From Xanthobacteraceae bacterium (GTDB lineage: Bacteria > Pseudomonadota > Alphaproteobacteria > Rhizobiales > Xanthobacteraceae): a stretch of DNA of 48,542 bases. Each line of letters starts with the position of its first letter. The first letter of the stretch is position 1. Positions 1 to 8,266 of this stretch are shown in pieces. Below the pieces are notes generated by a model. The model was given only the letters and a program-made list of their open reading frames with translations, did not search any database and was not told where the DNA came from. The position numbers were made by a program, and so were the translations under genes. The stretch covers positions 1-48,542 of the forward strand of contig JBJMTU010000372.1 in NCBI GenBank assembly GCA_045811545.1. The letters run 5' to 3'.

Positions 1-273
1 GATGAATTCGCGTAGGTCGCAGTGCGGCCGGTCGTAGGCATTGAAGCTTTGGGCCTGCGGGCCTTGCGCCTTTTTCAGCACGGCGTTTCCTTTCGACAGG
101 TCTTTGGCAATGTTTTGCCATGGGGAGTGAGGCTTGTCATGCCCGCCCGCGCTAGCTGTCGCTACCCGTCCCGCGGCGTCGAATTCAATATTTTCGGCAC
201 CGCTTGGAGCGGCGTGCGCTGCATGGCTGGCGTAAACAGCCCGTATCTGGGCGACCGGTGCTGGCCTGCGCAA
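1..273 (-). CDS. possible 5' portion of a hypothetical protein gene continuing off the left edge
   Basis: Hand translation of the minus strand gives a stop-free frame from 399 down to base 1 (...NIEFDAAGRVATASAGGHDKPHSPWQNIAKDLSKGNAVLKKAQGPQAQSFNAYDRPHCDLREFI). The only in-frame start is TTG at 273-271. It is probably absent from the ORF track because it is open-ended. Third-position G+C is lower than in neighbouring genes and I recognise no family. Confidence 0.25.
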   Translation of the reverse strand, partial: MRRPAPVAQIRAVYASHAAHAAPSGAENIEFDAAGRVATASAGGHDKPHSPWQNIAKDLSKGNAVLKKAQGPQAQSFNAYDRPHCDLREFI

Positions 274-388
274 TGATTCCGTGTCCGTGCGAGCTCGTTC
301 GAAGGGAGTGCTTTTGACCCTGCTCGATCGCCCATGCGATAACGGCGAGGCATAATGCGCGTCTACGGCGTTGCAAGGAGCAGGTTTG

Positions 389-2083
389 ATGGCCGACGAT
401 CAGAAGCGCAGCCACACGCTCGCCGACCATCTGCTCGGCCAGGATGTCGTGCATGATCATGACGGCGACGCAGATCACGACCACGACCATTTCGAGTTCG
501 ATCCCGACGAGCGGCTGGAAGACAATCCGATCTGGATCCAGGACCATGTGACACTGGTGACGGTCGGCATCGACATCGGATCCTCCGGCACGCAAGTCAT
601 CTTCTCCCGCATCAATCTACGCCGCTACGGCGAGGATCTGACCAGCCGGTACTACGTCGTCTCGCGCGAGACCTTGTTCCAGTCGCCCGTGGCGCTGACC
701 CCGTACGCGAGCGACGAGCGCATCGACGATGCGGCGCTTGGCGCCATCATCGATGATGCGTATAAAGCGGCGGGCGTGCAGCCCGAGGACATCGATACCG
801 GCGTGGTCATCCTGACCGGTGAGGCGTTGCGCCGCGAGAACGCGGCGGCAATTGCCGCCCTGCTTGCGGAACAGCGCGGCGATTTCGTCGCCGCGGCGGC
901 GGGACACCACATGGAATCGATGCTCGCGGCCTATGGCTCAGGTGCGTCGAAGGTGTCGTATGAGGAGGATAAGCGCATCCTCAACATCGACATCGGCGGC
1001 GGCGCCACCAAACTCGGCATCGTCGAGAAGGGCAACGTGATCGCCACGGCGGCGCTGCATATCGGCGGCCGGCTGCAGGTCATGGAGGAGACCGGCCGGA
1101 TCGTGCGGCTCGATCCGGCGGGAAAATTCCACGCCCGCCAAGCCGGCTTTTCCTGGTCGCGCGGCGACGTGGTCTCGAGCGCGCAACTCGATAATGTCGC
1201 GACAAGCATGGCGGATTTGCTGGTGGCGGCGCTCGCGCAGCGTCCGCTGCCGCACGCGGTCCACCACCTCTATTTGACCGATCCGATCGGCGAGCTTGGC
1301 CGCATTGACGGCGTGATGTTTTCCGGCGGCGTCGGCGAATACGTCTACGGCCGCGAGCAGCGCGATTTCGGCGACATGGGACGCCGGCTTGGTCGCGCGA
1401 TCCGGGCGCGGATCGATGCCGGCGCGCTGCCGTGGCCGCTGCTGCCGCCGGGCGAGTGCATCCGCGCCACCGCGCTCGGGGCTTCGGAGTACAGCGTGCA
1501 GCTCAGCGGCAATACCAGCTACATCTCCAAGCCGGGCGAGCTTCTGCCGCGGCGCAATCTGCAGGTTCTGCAACCGCCCTACGTGTGCGAAGAGGCCATC
1601 GACGCGGATAAGCTCGCCCAGGCCATCCGCGCGCACTTCACCGCCTTCGATCTCATCGAAGGCGAGGGCGAAGTGGCGCTCGCGTTGCGCTGGCATGGTG
1701 CGCCGTCCTACGAGCGGATCCTCGCCTTCGCCGAAGGCGTCCGCCACGGGCTCGCTAGGACGATCGAACGCAGGAAGCCGCTCTACCTCATGCTCGACGG
1801 CGACGTGGCGCAAACACTGGGTGCGATCTTGCGCGAAGAGTTGCTGGTCGAGAGCGAGATCCTGGCAATCGATGGCTTGGTGCTGCGCGATTTCGACTAC
1901 ATTGATCTCGGACGCGTCCGCATGCCGTCATATACCGTGCCGGTCACGATCAAATCGCTACTGTTCAGCGAGGATCCGCGCCGCGGCCGCCCGCCCCAGC
2001 GCATTCATCACCACGAGCATCATCCCCATGATCACGGGCATGGCCACGATCAGGGGCATCACCATCATCACGACCATGATTAG
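389..2083 (+). CDS. EutA-family (ethanolamine ammonia-lyase reactivase-like, ASKHA-fold) protein with His/Asp-rich N- and C-terminal tails
   Basis: ORF 371..2083. The ATG at 389 follows AAGGAG (375-380). The translation is collinear with EutA as I recall it: VGIDIGSSGTQVIFSR, ILTGEA, NIDIGGGATK, FSGGVGEYVY, IRATALGASEYSVQLSG, and C-terminal YTVPVTIKSLLFS. Tails are HDHDGDADHDHDH near the N-terminus and HHHEHHPHDHGHGHDQGHHHHHDHD at the C-terminus. Confidence 0.85.
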   Translation: MADDQKRSHTLADHLLGQDVVHDHDGDADHDHDHFEFDPDERLEDNPIWIQDHVTLVTVGIDIGSSGTQVIFSRINLRRYGEDLTSRYYVVSRETLFQSPVALTPYASDERIDDAALGAIIDDAYKAAGVQPEDIDTGVVILTGEALRRENAAAIAALLAEQRGDFVAAAAGHHMESMLAAYGSGASKVSYEEDKRILNIDIGGGATKLGIVEKGNVIATAALHIGGRLQVMEETGRIVRLDPAGKFHARQAGFSWSRGDVVSSAQLDNVATSMADLLVAALAQRPLPHAVHHLYLTDPIGELGRIDGVMFSGGVGEYVYGREQRDFGDMGRRLGRAIRARIDAGALPWPLLPPGECIRATALGASEYSVQLSGNTSYISKPGELLPRRNLQVLQPPYVCEEAIDADKLAQAIRAHFTAFDLIEGEGEVALALRWHGAPSYERILAFAEGVRHGLARTIERRKPLYLMLDGDVAQTLGAILREELLVESEILAIDGLVLRDFDYIDLGRVRMPSYTVPVTIKSLLFSEDPRRGRPPQRIHHHEHHPHDHGHGHDQGHHHHHDHD

Positions 2084-2123
2084 CGTTGAGCTAGGTCTCG
2101 TGCGCTGCAGGCGCCACGGTCTC

Positions 2124-2300
2124 GGCGCGCCCCCTCTCCCCATTTGGGGAGAGGGTTGGGGTGAGGGGGTTACCGGTCGAGCTGAGAGACCAACACCCCT
2201 CACCCCACCCCTGTCCCACGCAAGTCGGGCTTGCCCGACTTGCGCGAAATTCAAGACGCGACCCGGGCAAGCCCGGGGCGCGTGGGAGAGGGAGCAGACC
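2124..2300. repeat. mosaic G/C-rich palindromic intergenic repeat, long copy
   Basis: Nested hairpins: CCCCTCTCCCC-ATTT-GGGGAGAGGG; GGGGTGAGGGG...CCCCTCACCCC; AAGTCGGGC-TT-GCCCGACTT; CCCGGGC-AA-GCCCGGG. It ends in GGGAGAGGGAGCAGACC. It shares GAGAGACC..ACCCCTCACCCCACCCCT and GGGAGAGGGAGCAGACC with the copy at 48441-48542. Confidence 0.8.
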
Positions 2301-2326
2301 GAGCCAGCCGCACCCGAGTCGCGCCC

Positions 2327-4063
2327 GTGACCGATGCGGTTGGGCGGCTCGCTCCTTTGCCGACCGTTGCGCCGCGGCTCGATGCGAGATGGGTGCTGAT
2401 CGGCGCTCCGGTGGTGCTGGTCGTTTGGCTCTCCCTCGTACCGCTCGTGTTTTTGCTTTGGCAAAGCTTTCTCACGCCGCAGACGGCGGGGCTACCCGCG
2501 CAATACACGCTCGAGAACTTTCGCATCGCTTACATGAGCAGCGACAATGCGCGCCTTTTCTTCAATTCCCTGCAATTCTCAATCGGCGCCGCCCTGCTCT
2601 CGCTCGTGGTCGGCACCGCGCTCGCGTGGATGAATGAACGCACCAATACGCCGTTCAAGACGCTGTTCTTCGCCCTGGCGATCATCCCATTGGTGATTCC
2701 AGGCATTCTCTTCACGGTCTCGTGGATTCTCCTGGCGAGCCCGAAAATCGGCCTGATCAATCTCGCCCTGCAGAAACTGTTCGACACCGATGCCGTGTTC
2801 GTCAACGCCTACACCATGGCGGGGATGATTTGGGTCGATGGGTTGCACTACTCGCCTGTGGCTTTTCTGCTGATGACGGCCGCGTTCCGTTCCATGGATC
2901 CCGCGCTCGAAGAGCAAGCCGCCATGAGCGGAGCTTCCGTGCCGCAGATCGCGCGCCGGGTCACGTTGCCACTGGCCTGGCCGGCGGCGCTCGGGGCGCT
3001 TCTGATCCTGTTCGTGCGTGCGATTGAATCGTTCGAGGTGCCGGCGCTGCTCGGGCTGCCCGTGGGCATCTACGTCTACACCTCCTCGATCTATCAGGCG
3101 ATCCACCAATATCCGAGCCAGATCGGGCTCGCCGCCGCCTATGCCGTGACGCTGCTGCTCATCACCTCGCTCGGCATCTATGCGCAGTCGCGGCTCTCGA
3201 GTCAGGGCGGACGATTTTCGACCGTCACCGGCAAGGGCTTTCGTCCGCGCACCATCGACCTGGGTCGTTGGCGCTATGTCACCGCGGCAATCTTCATCCT
3301 CTATTTCATCGTGATCGTGCTGCTGCCGTTCCTGGTGCTGGTTTGGTCCTCGCTACAGAAGTTCTACAGCGCGCCGTCCTGGGCGGCGCTCAGCCGCGTC
3401 AGCCTCGATTCCTACCGCGCGGTGCTCGATTATCCGCAATTCATGAACACGGTTTGGAACAGCGTCCTGCTTGCGCTCGGCAGCGCCACCACCGTCATGC
3501 TGGTGTCGGCGGTCATCGCCTGGATCGTCGTGCGCACCAAAGTGCCGGGACGCTGGATGCTCGACAATCTGGCGTCGCTGCCGCTGGTTTTTCCCGGCCT
3601 GGTGCTCGGGCTCGCGATCATGGTCTGCTATCTCTACATCGACATCGGCATCTACGGCACGCTCTGGATCATCTTCATCGCCTATGTGACGCGCTTCTTG
3701 CCGTACGGCATGCGCTACAGTTCGGCCTCGATGCTGCAGATCCACAAGGAGCTCGAGGAATCGGCCGCCATGAGCGGGGCCTCTTGGAGCATGACCTTTC
3801 GCCGCGTCGTCCTGCCGCTGTTGAAGCCGGGACTGCTCGCCGGCTTTATCTACGTGATGATCGTCTCCATCCGCGAGTTGTCGAGCTCGATCCTGCTCTA
3901 CTCGCCGGGCAGCGAGGTGGTCTCGATCATGATCTGGGAGCTGTGGCAGAATGGGCAGTATGTGGAGCTTTCCGCGCTCGGCGTCATGCTGATCCTCGCG
4001 CTGTTCCTGCTGGTTATGCTGGCCCAACTTGCCGGTCGGCGGTTCGGGATTGCTGAAACCTAA
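2327..4063 (+). CDS. ABC importer permease, fused two-domain type (FbpB/ThiP/PotBC-like)
   Basis: ORF 2231..4063 is highly hydrophobic throughout. It has two EAA-loop motifs (EEQAAMSGASVPQIARRVTLPLAWPA and EESAAMSGASWSMTFRRVVLPLLKPG). The start is uncertain: the track start (TTG 2231) lies inside the repeat. In-frame alternatives are GTG 2282, GTG 2327, TTG 2357 and GTG 2393, none with a clear SD sequence. Confidence 0.85.
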   Translation: MTDAVGRLAPLPTVAPRLDARWVLIGAPVVLVVWLSLVPLVFLLWQSFLTPQTAGLPAQYTLENFRIAYMSSDNARLFFNSLQFSIGAALLSLVVGTALAWMNERTNTPFKTLFFALAIIPLVIPGILFTVSWILLASPKIGLINLALQKLFDTDAVFVNAYTMAGMIWVDGLHYSPVAFLLMTAAFRSMDPALEEQAAMSGASVPQIARRVTLPLAWPAALGALLILFVRAIESFEVPALLGLPVGIYVYTSSIYQAIHQYPSQIGLAAAYAVTLLLITSLGIYAQSRLSSQGGRFSTVTGKGFRPRTIDLGRWRYVTAAIFILYFIVIVLLPFLVLVWSSLQKFYSAPSWAALSRVSLDSYRAVLDYPQFMNTVWNSVLLALGSATTVMLVSAVIAWIVVRTKVPGRWMLDNLASLPLVFPGLVLGLAIMVCYLYIDIGIYGTLWIIFIAYVTRFLPYGMRYSSASMLQIHKELEESAAMSGASWSMTFRRVVLPLLKPGLLAGFIYVMIVSIRELSSSILLYSPGSEVVSIMIWELWQNGQYVELSALGVMLILALFLLVMLAQLAGRRFGIAET

Positions 4064-4066
4064 AGA

Positions 4067-5179
4067 ATGCAAAGGCGAAAAGTGCTCGGCGTTAGATCGC
4101 TTTTCACCGAATATGCCAACGAGCGCGGCGGCGCGGTCAAGGCCGTGCAGGACGTCTCGTTCAAGGTGCCGGAGGGCAAGCTGTTCACGCTGCTCGGACC
4201 GTCGGGCTGCGGCAAGACCACGACGCTGCGCTCGATCGCCGGACTTGAGAAGCCGAGCGCGGGCGAGATCGAAGTCGGCGGTCGCCTCGTCTATTCGTCG
4301 GATAAGGGCATTTTCGTTGCGCCGAACAGGCGCAATTTCGGCATGGTGTTTCAGTCGTACGCCATCTGGCCGCACATGAACGTGTTTCAGAACGCGGCGT
4401 TCCCGCTCGAGGTGCGCAGGCTCGCCAAGAAGGATATCCGCGAGCGGGTCATGCGCGTGCTGCACGCGGTGGCGCTCGATGCGCTGGTTGATCGCGATGC
4501 CACCAAGCTTTCGGGCGGCCAGCAGCAGCGGCTCGCGCTCGCGCGCGCCTTGGTCATGGAGCCGCAGCTTCTGCTGCTCGATGAGCCGCTCTCCAATCTC
4601 GATGCCAAGCTGCGCGACCGCATGCGCACCGAGCTCAAGCGGCTGCAGCGCGATCTCGGTCTCACGACCGTTTACGTCACTCACGACCAGACCGAGGCGC
4701 TCGCGCTCTCGCACGAGATCGCGGTGATGAACGAAGGCCGAGTGATCCAGATCGGCACGCCGCGGCAGATTTACGAGCAGCCGAGCGACAAATTCGTCGC
4801 CGATTTTGTCGGGACCACCAACTTCATCGGCGGAACCGTGACCGCCATCCACGATGGCCGCTGTATCGTCAGCTCGGCGATGGGCGAACTCAACGCGCAT
4901 GCGAGCGAGGGCGTGGCCAAGAACGCGGCTGTCATCGTATCGGTACGACCGGAAGACGTGGAATTGTCGGAAGCGCCGCCGGCGGCCGCCGATGGCGACA
5001 ATGTCTGCAAGGGCATGATCGACGCCAAGGATTTCCTCGGCGACTACCTGGATTTTCACATCAGGGTCGGCGATGTTATCCTGTTGGCGAAAGCGCATCC
5101 ATCGCTGCGCACGCCGACCGGCGATTCGATCTATCTGCGCATGAAGGCGGACAAATGCGTCGCTATCAGCAGCCAGTAA
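4067..5179 (+). CDS. ABC transporter ATP-binding protein (PotA/FbpC/MalK-like, with C-terminal regulatory/TOBE-like extension)
   Basis: Walker A GPSGCGKTT, signature LSGGQQQRLALARAL, Walker B LLLLDEPLSNLD and H-loop YVTHDQ. It starts 3 nt after the permease stop. Confidence 0.92.
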   Translation: MQRRKVLGVRSLFTEYANERGGAVKAVQDVSFKVPEGKLFTLLGPSGCGKTTTLRSIAGLEKPSAGEIEVGGRLVYSSDKGIFVAPNRRNFGMVFQSYAIWPHMNVFQNAAFPLEVRRLAKKDIRERVMRVLHAVALDALVDRDATKLSGGQQQRLALARALVMEPQLLLLDEPLSNLDAKLRDRMRTELKRLQRDLGLTTVYVTHDQTEALALSHEIAVMNEGRVIQIGTPRQIYEQPSDKFVADFVGTTNFIGGTVTAIHDGRCIVSSAMGELNAHASEGVAKNAAVIVSVRPEDVELSEAPPAAADGDNVCKGMIDAKDFLGDYLDFHIRVGDVILLAKAHPSLRTPTGDSIYLRMKADKCVAISSQ

Positions 5180-5190
5180 TCAGGGCCGTC

Positions 5191-5310
5191 ATGGCCGGGT
5201 CGGGGCACCCTGCCGACTTTGTCGGCGGGGACCCCGTTGTCCCGGCCATCCGCGTCGGTGCGCTGCCATAAAGACGTGGATACCCGCGACGCGCGCGGGC
5301 ATGACGAGTG
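5191..5310. repeat. REP-like palindromic intergenic elements
   Basis: A long imperfect hairpin spans 5191-5249 (ATGGCCGGG..GCCGAC-TTT-GTCGGC..CCCGGCCAT). It is followed by AAGACGTGGATACCCGCG-ACGCG-CGCGGGCATGACG (stem 5283-5288/5294-5299). Confidence 0.55.
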
Positions 5311-5338
5311 AGAGTGCGATTAAGGGAAGGAGCAAGGC

Positions 5339-6466
5339 ATGGCCAAGGACGCCGTCGTCCCCGAAGAGCTGGCGAAGAAATTCTCCACCGAAAAGGATAC
5401 GCCCTACCTGCGCTGGGTGCGCGGCGAAGGTCTCGACATCATCAGTGCGCATTACGTGCGTAATCTGCGCACCGTGGAGCTAAAGCCCTGGGCACGGCGC
5501 GGCGGCCGCGGCGTCTACATCAATCATGAGGCGTCGCGCACCTCCAACGACTGCTACGTGTGCGAAATACCGCCCGGCAAGAAGCTCGAGCCGCAGCGGC
5601 AGTTGTTCGAGGAGATGATCCTGGTGCTCGACGGCCGCGGCTCGACCACCGTGTGGAACGACGAGGGCCGCCGCATCACGTTCGAGTGGAAAGCGGGCGC
5701 GATGTTCGCCATCCCGCTCAACTGCTGGCACCAGCACTTCAACGGCTCCGGCCAGACGCCGGCGCGTTACGTCGCCGTCACCAATGCGCCGCCCGTGATC
5801 AATCTCTACGAGGACGTCGAGTTCGTCTTCAGCACCAAGTACGACTTCAAGAACCGCTTCAACGGCGAGCCCGACTATTTCAGCGCCAAGGGCGAGCAGA
5901 AGGGTCTTCTGCTCGTCACCAACTTCGTAGCGGATGCGGTCAATCTGCCGCTGATTGCCGCCAAGGAGCGCGGCGCCGGCGGAGGCCATATCCGCTTCAA
6001 CATGGCCAAGGGCTCGATGAACAGCCACATCTCGCAGTTTCCGATCGGCACCTACAAGAAGGGCCACGCCCACGGCCCCGGCGCGCACGTGATCATCCTC
6101 TCGGGCGAGGGCTACTCGCTGATGTGGCCGGAGGGCGACGCGCCCAAGCGCTACGACTGGGAGGTCGGCACGCTGATCGTGCCGCCGAACATGTGGTTCC
6201 ACCAGCATTTCAACAGCGGGACCACGCCGGCGCGCTATCTCGCCTTCAAGCACGAGGGCGTCGCCATCCGCAACGTGCAGGGCGTGCCCAGGGCCTGGAT
6301 CAGCCGCCGCCTCGGCGGCGACCAGATCGATTATGCCGACGAGATGCCGAGCATCCGGAAGATGTTCACGGAGGAGCTGGTCAAACACGGGTTCAGCCCG
6401 CGCATGGATCAGGCCTACGCGCAGGAGCTCGCCGATCTGCCGCCGCCGGAGGCGAAGACGGGGTAA
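5339..6466 (+). CDS. bicupin protein (two cupin barrels, gentisate-dioxygenase-like architecture)
   Basis: RBS GGAAGGAG lies upstream of ATG 5339. Two cupin motif pairs are present. N-domain: G-KKLEP-QRQ-LFE-E...G plus G..F.IP...WHQHFN. C-domain: G-TYKKG-HAH-GPGAH...G.G plus G.LIVPPNMWFHQHFN. Confidence 0.8.
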   Translation: MAKDAVVPEELAKKFSTEKDTPYLRWVRGEGLDIISAHYVRNLRTVELKPWARRGGRGVYINHEASRTSNDCYVCEIPPGKKLEPQRQLFEEMILVLDGRGSTTVWNDEGRRITFEWKAGAMFAIPLNCWHQHFNGSGQTPARYVAVTNAPPVINLYEDVEFVFSTKYDFKNRFNGEPDYFSAKGEQKGLLLVTNFVADAVNLPLIAAKERGAGGGHIRFNMAKGSMNSHISQFPIGTYKKGHAHGPGAHVIILSGEGYSLMWPEGDAPKRYDWEVGTLIVPPNMWFHQHFNSGTTPARYLAFKHEGVAIRNVQGVPRAWISRRLGGDQIDYADEMPSIRKMFTEELVKHGFSPRMDQAYAQELADLPPPEAKTG

Positions 6467-6517
6467 ATCGTCCCCTCGGGTCTCGCGCCTGCCTCTTTCG
6501 TCCTAGGCCTGGTCACC

Positions 6518-8044
6518 TCAGCCTCGAATTGATGAAGGTGCCTTCATCGCACGCGTACAGCGCCCGCGGGCTCCCGTTCCCTTGAGTCCAGGTTGACGAA
6601 GACGAGCAAGACGTACCGCTTGGGTTACGACGCGAAGCGGTGCCGTTATCCGCCAGCTCGTGGATTTGAGCAGCGCATCTCTCTCGCGCTGCATGTCGTG
6701 GAGATTGGCAACTAGCTCCGCGATTGACGGATCATCCTCCCATTGAACAGGTCTGATCGTCGGTGAGTCCGCCGCTTTAGCGATCCAGGCCTCCATGAGT
6801 CGGTCCGCGTCGGCAGTCGGTACGAACGCGTCGATCGGGCTGGTGGCTGAGCGCGCCGCATCGAGCCGACGCTGCAGATAGTCGTGGAGCCAGCGGCCGT
6901 CGTTCAGCAACGTCGCGGGCACGAGGTAGCGCTCGAGTAGCCAAGCCAAAAACGCGTCAACGTTCGTAGACTTGCCGAGCCGACCAAAAAAATTCGCAAA
7001 TGTCGTTGCATCCGCAACATTGGATAACTCGGTTGAAGGCGGAGAGCCGAGGAGGCGGTTAAACAGCAATGCCTGATAGCCAATACTTGACGAGACACTC
7101 CAGACACCGTCAACCCGCGGCACCAGGAATTGCGATGACGACTGGTAGCGACGGAATTCGTCTAGAAAAATCATATTTGGAAACGTCCGGCGTAGCACAT
7201 CTATGTTTGAGTTTGGACCGGATCGCCTGAGAACGGGCTCACCGCTGGGATGCTCGGTGACGATAACCGCGATATGTTTCGGGGCGGCAACCAAGACATC
7301 ATACAAGTATTCGAATTGTGTACGGTAGCTTACCGGCCCATCGAAGGAAAATTCGTTCGAGATCTGCAGCGGAAGAAGACAAAGTCGATCAAAGCGACTG
7401 CCAAAGTCATTGGCTCGAAATGGATCAAGAGAGTTGAGGGCAGCTGCCATCTGCGAGCGAAATGCCGACACGAGGACGCGCGCATCTGACGTAACCGGAT
7501 ATGCGAGCTTCAGTCCTCCCACTTTCGCGACTGCTGACCGACTATAGGTGCCAAGATGATCGAAATAAAAACTGACGGGATACGGAGATCGCCCAAAATA
7601 ACCCCGCTCGATGTGCAGCCGCAGCGCGGTCGGCCACAATTTCGCGAGGCAATTGGCCTGGCCGGCAAAACCGATGATGATATCCGGTTCGAAGCCCCTG
7701 ACATTCCGCGCCACCATCTCTGCGATAGCGCCGAGCGCCGGCTGCGCTGTATCATCGGCTCGATGCGCCGTTTGATCCAACGCGGTGGGAAGTTCGCCGA
7801 GCTCTCTTATCCTTCGGTACAATAAGTGTTCGTCCAGCCAGACGGTGCGAAGCCCGGTCAAGAGATGGACCTTCCCGTTTTGCCCGGCCCAGTCGCTGAA
7901 CCAACCGCCCGTAATCAACATGCACTCGCATCTGGTTTCCCGGCGTAAGGGCTGAAGGAGTTCGGCAAGGGCCTCCACCCCGCCGTAGTTGAAGCCCGGC
8001 CCATTTGCCTGCACGAGCGGATTGACGAAGCAAGCCACCTTCAT
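6518..8044 (-). CDS. capsule polysaccharide biosynthesis-like protein (KpsS/KpsC 'Capsule_synth'-type), with C-terminal extension
   Basis: A 508-aa ORF in a distinctly lower-GC segment. The internal LLPLQISNEFSF resembles the (F)xPLQxxxDxQ hallmark of KpsS/KpsC-type beta-Kdo transferases as I recall it. The C-terminal ~90 aa contain LLKSTSWRITAPLR. The family assignment is from memory of motifs only. Confidence 0.6.
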   Translation of the reverse strand: MKVACFVNPLVQANGPGFNYGGVEALAELLQPLRRETRCECMLITGGWFSDWAGQNGKVHLLTGLRTVWLDEHLLYRRIRELGELPTALDQTAHRADDTAQPALGAIAEMVARNVRGFEPDIIIGFAGQANCLAKLWPTALRLHIERGYFGRSPYPVSFYFDHLGTYSRSAVAKVGGLKLAYPVTSDARVLVSAFRSQMAAALNSLDPFRANDFGSRFDRLCLLPLQISNEFSFDGPVSYRTQFEYLYDVLVAAPKHIAVIVTEHPSGEPVLRRSGPNSNIDVLRRTFPNMIFLDEFRRYQSSSQFLVPRVDGVWSVSSSIGYQALLFNRLLGSPPSTELSNVADATTFANFFGRLGKSTNVDAFLAWLLERYLVPATLLNDGRWLHDYLQRRLDAARSATSPIDAFVPTADADRLMEAWIAKAADSPTIRPVQWEDDPSIAELVANLHDMQRERDALLKSTSWRITAPLRVVTQAVRLARLRQPGLKGTGARGRCTRAMKAPSSIRG

Positions 8045-8266
8045 GGCACATGCCTATGCGTGAACTGCGGGGGAATTCAGTCGACGCTTCGCACGATTTT
8101 GAGCAATGCCGAGCAATATGCTCACAAACCTTACCGGAAGATGGCAAGCGAATTAAACTCGGCGTAACGAAAACGAAAACTCTGCGTAGTGAAAACGTAA
8201 ATGTCGAATCATCGGATCGAGATTGAATCTCCGGTCGCCAAGTTTGGCTTCGGACGAGGCGCCGCC

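Noticed and set aside
2231-2326. N-terminal extension of the permease ORF (TTG 2231)
   Set aside because: The extension is encoded entirely by the palindromic repeat element (translation MPDLREIQDATRASPGRVGEGADRA...). It is therefore almost certainly not translated, and the true start lies downstream.
3353-5098. 581-aa minus-strand ORF spanning the ABC permease and ATPase genes
   Set aside because: It is antisense to two genes with unambiguous ABC motifs. The translation is Arg/Asp/Gly/His-rich with no recognisable domain. This is a typical high-GC shadow ORF.
8140-8200. A-rich 'GAAAAC' recurrences (AACGAAAACGAAAAC...GTGAAAACGTAAA) upstream of the capsule-like gene
   Set aside because: These are too short and irregular to call a tandem repeat or a CRISPR-like array. 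They are probably just AT-rich promoter DNA of the low-GC islet.
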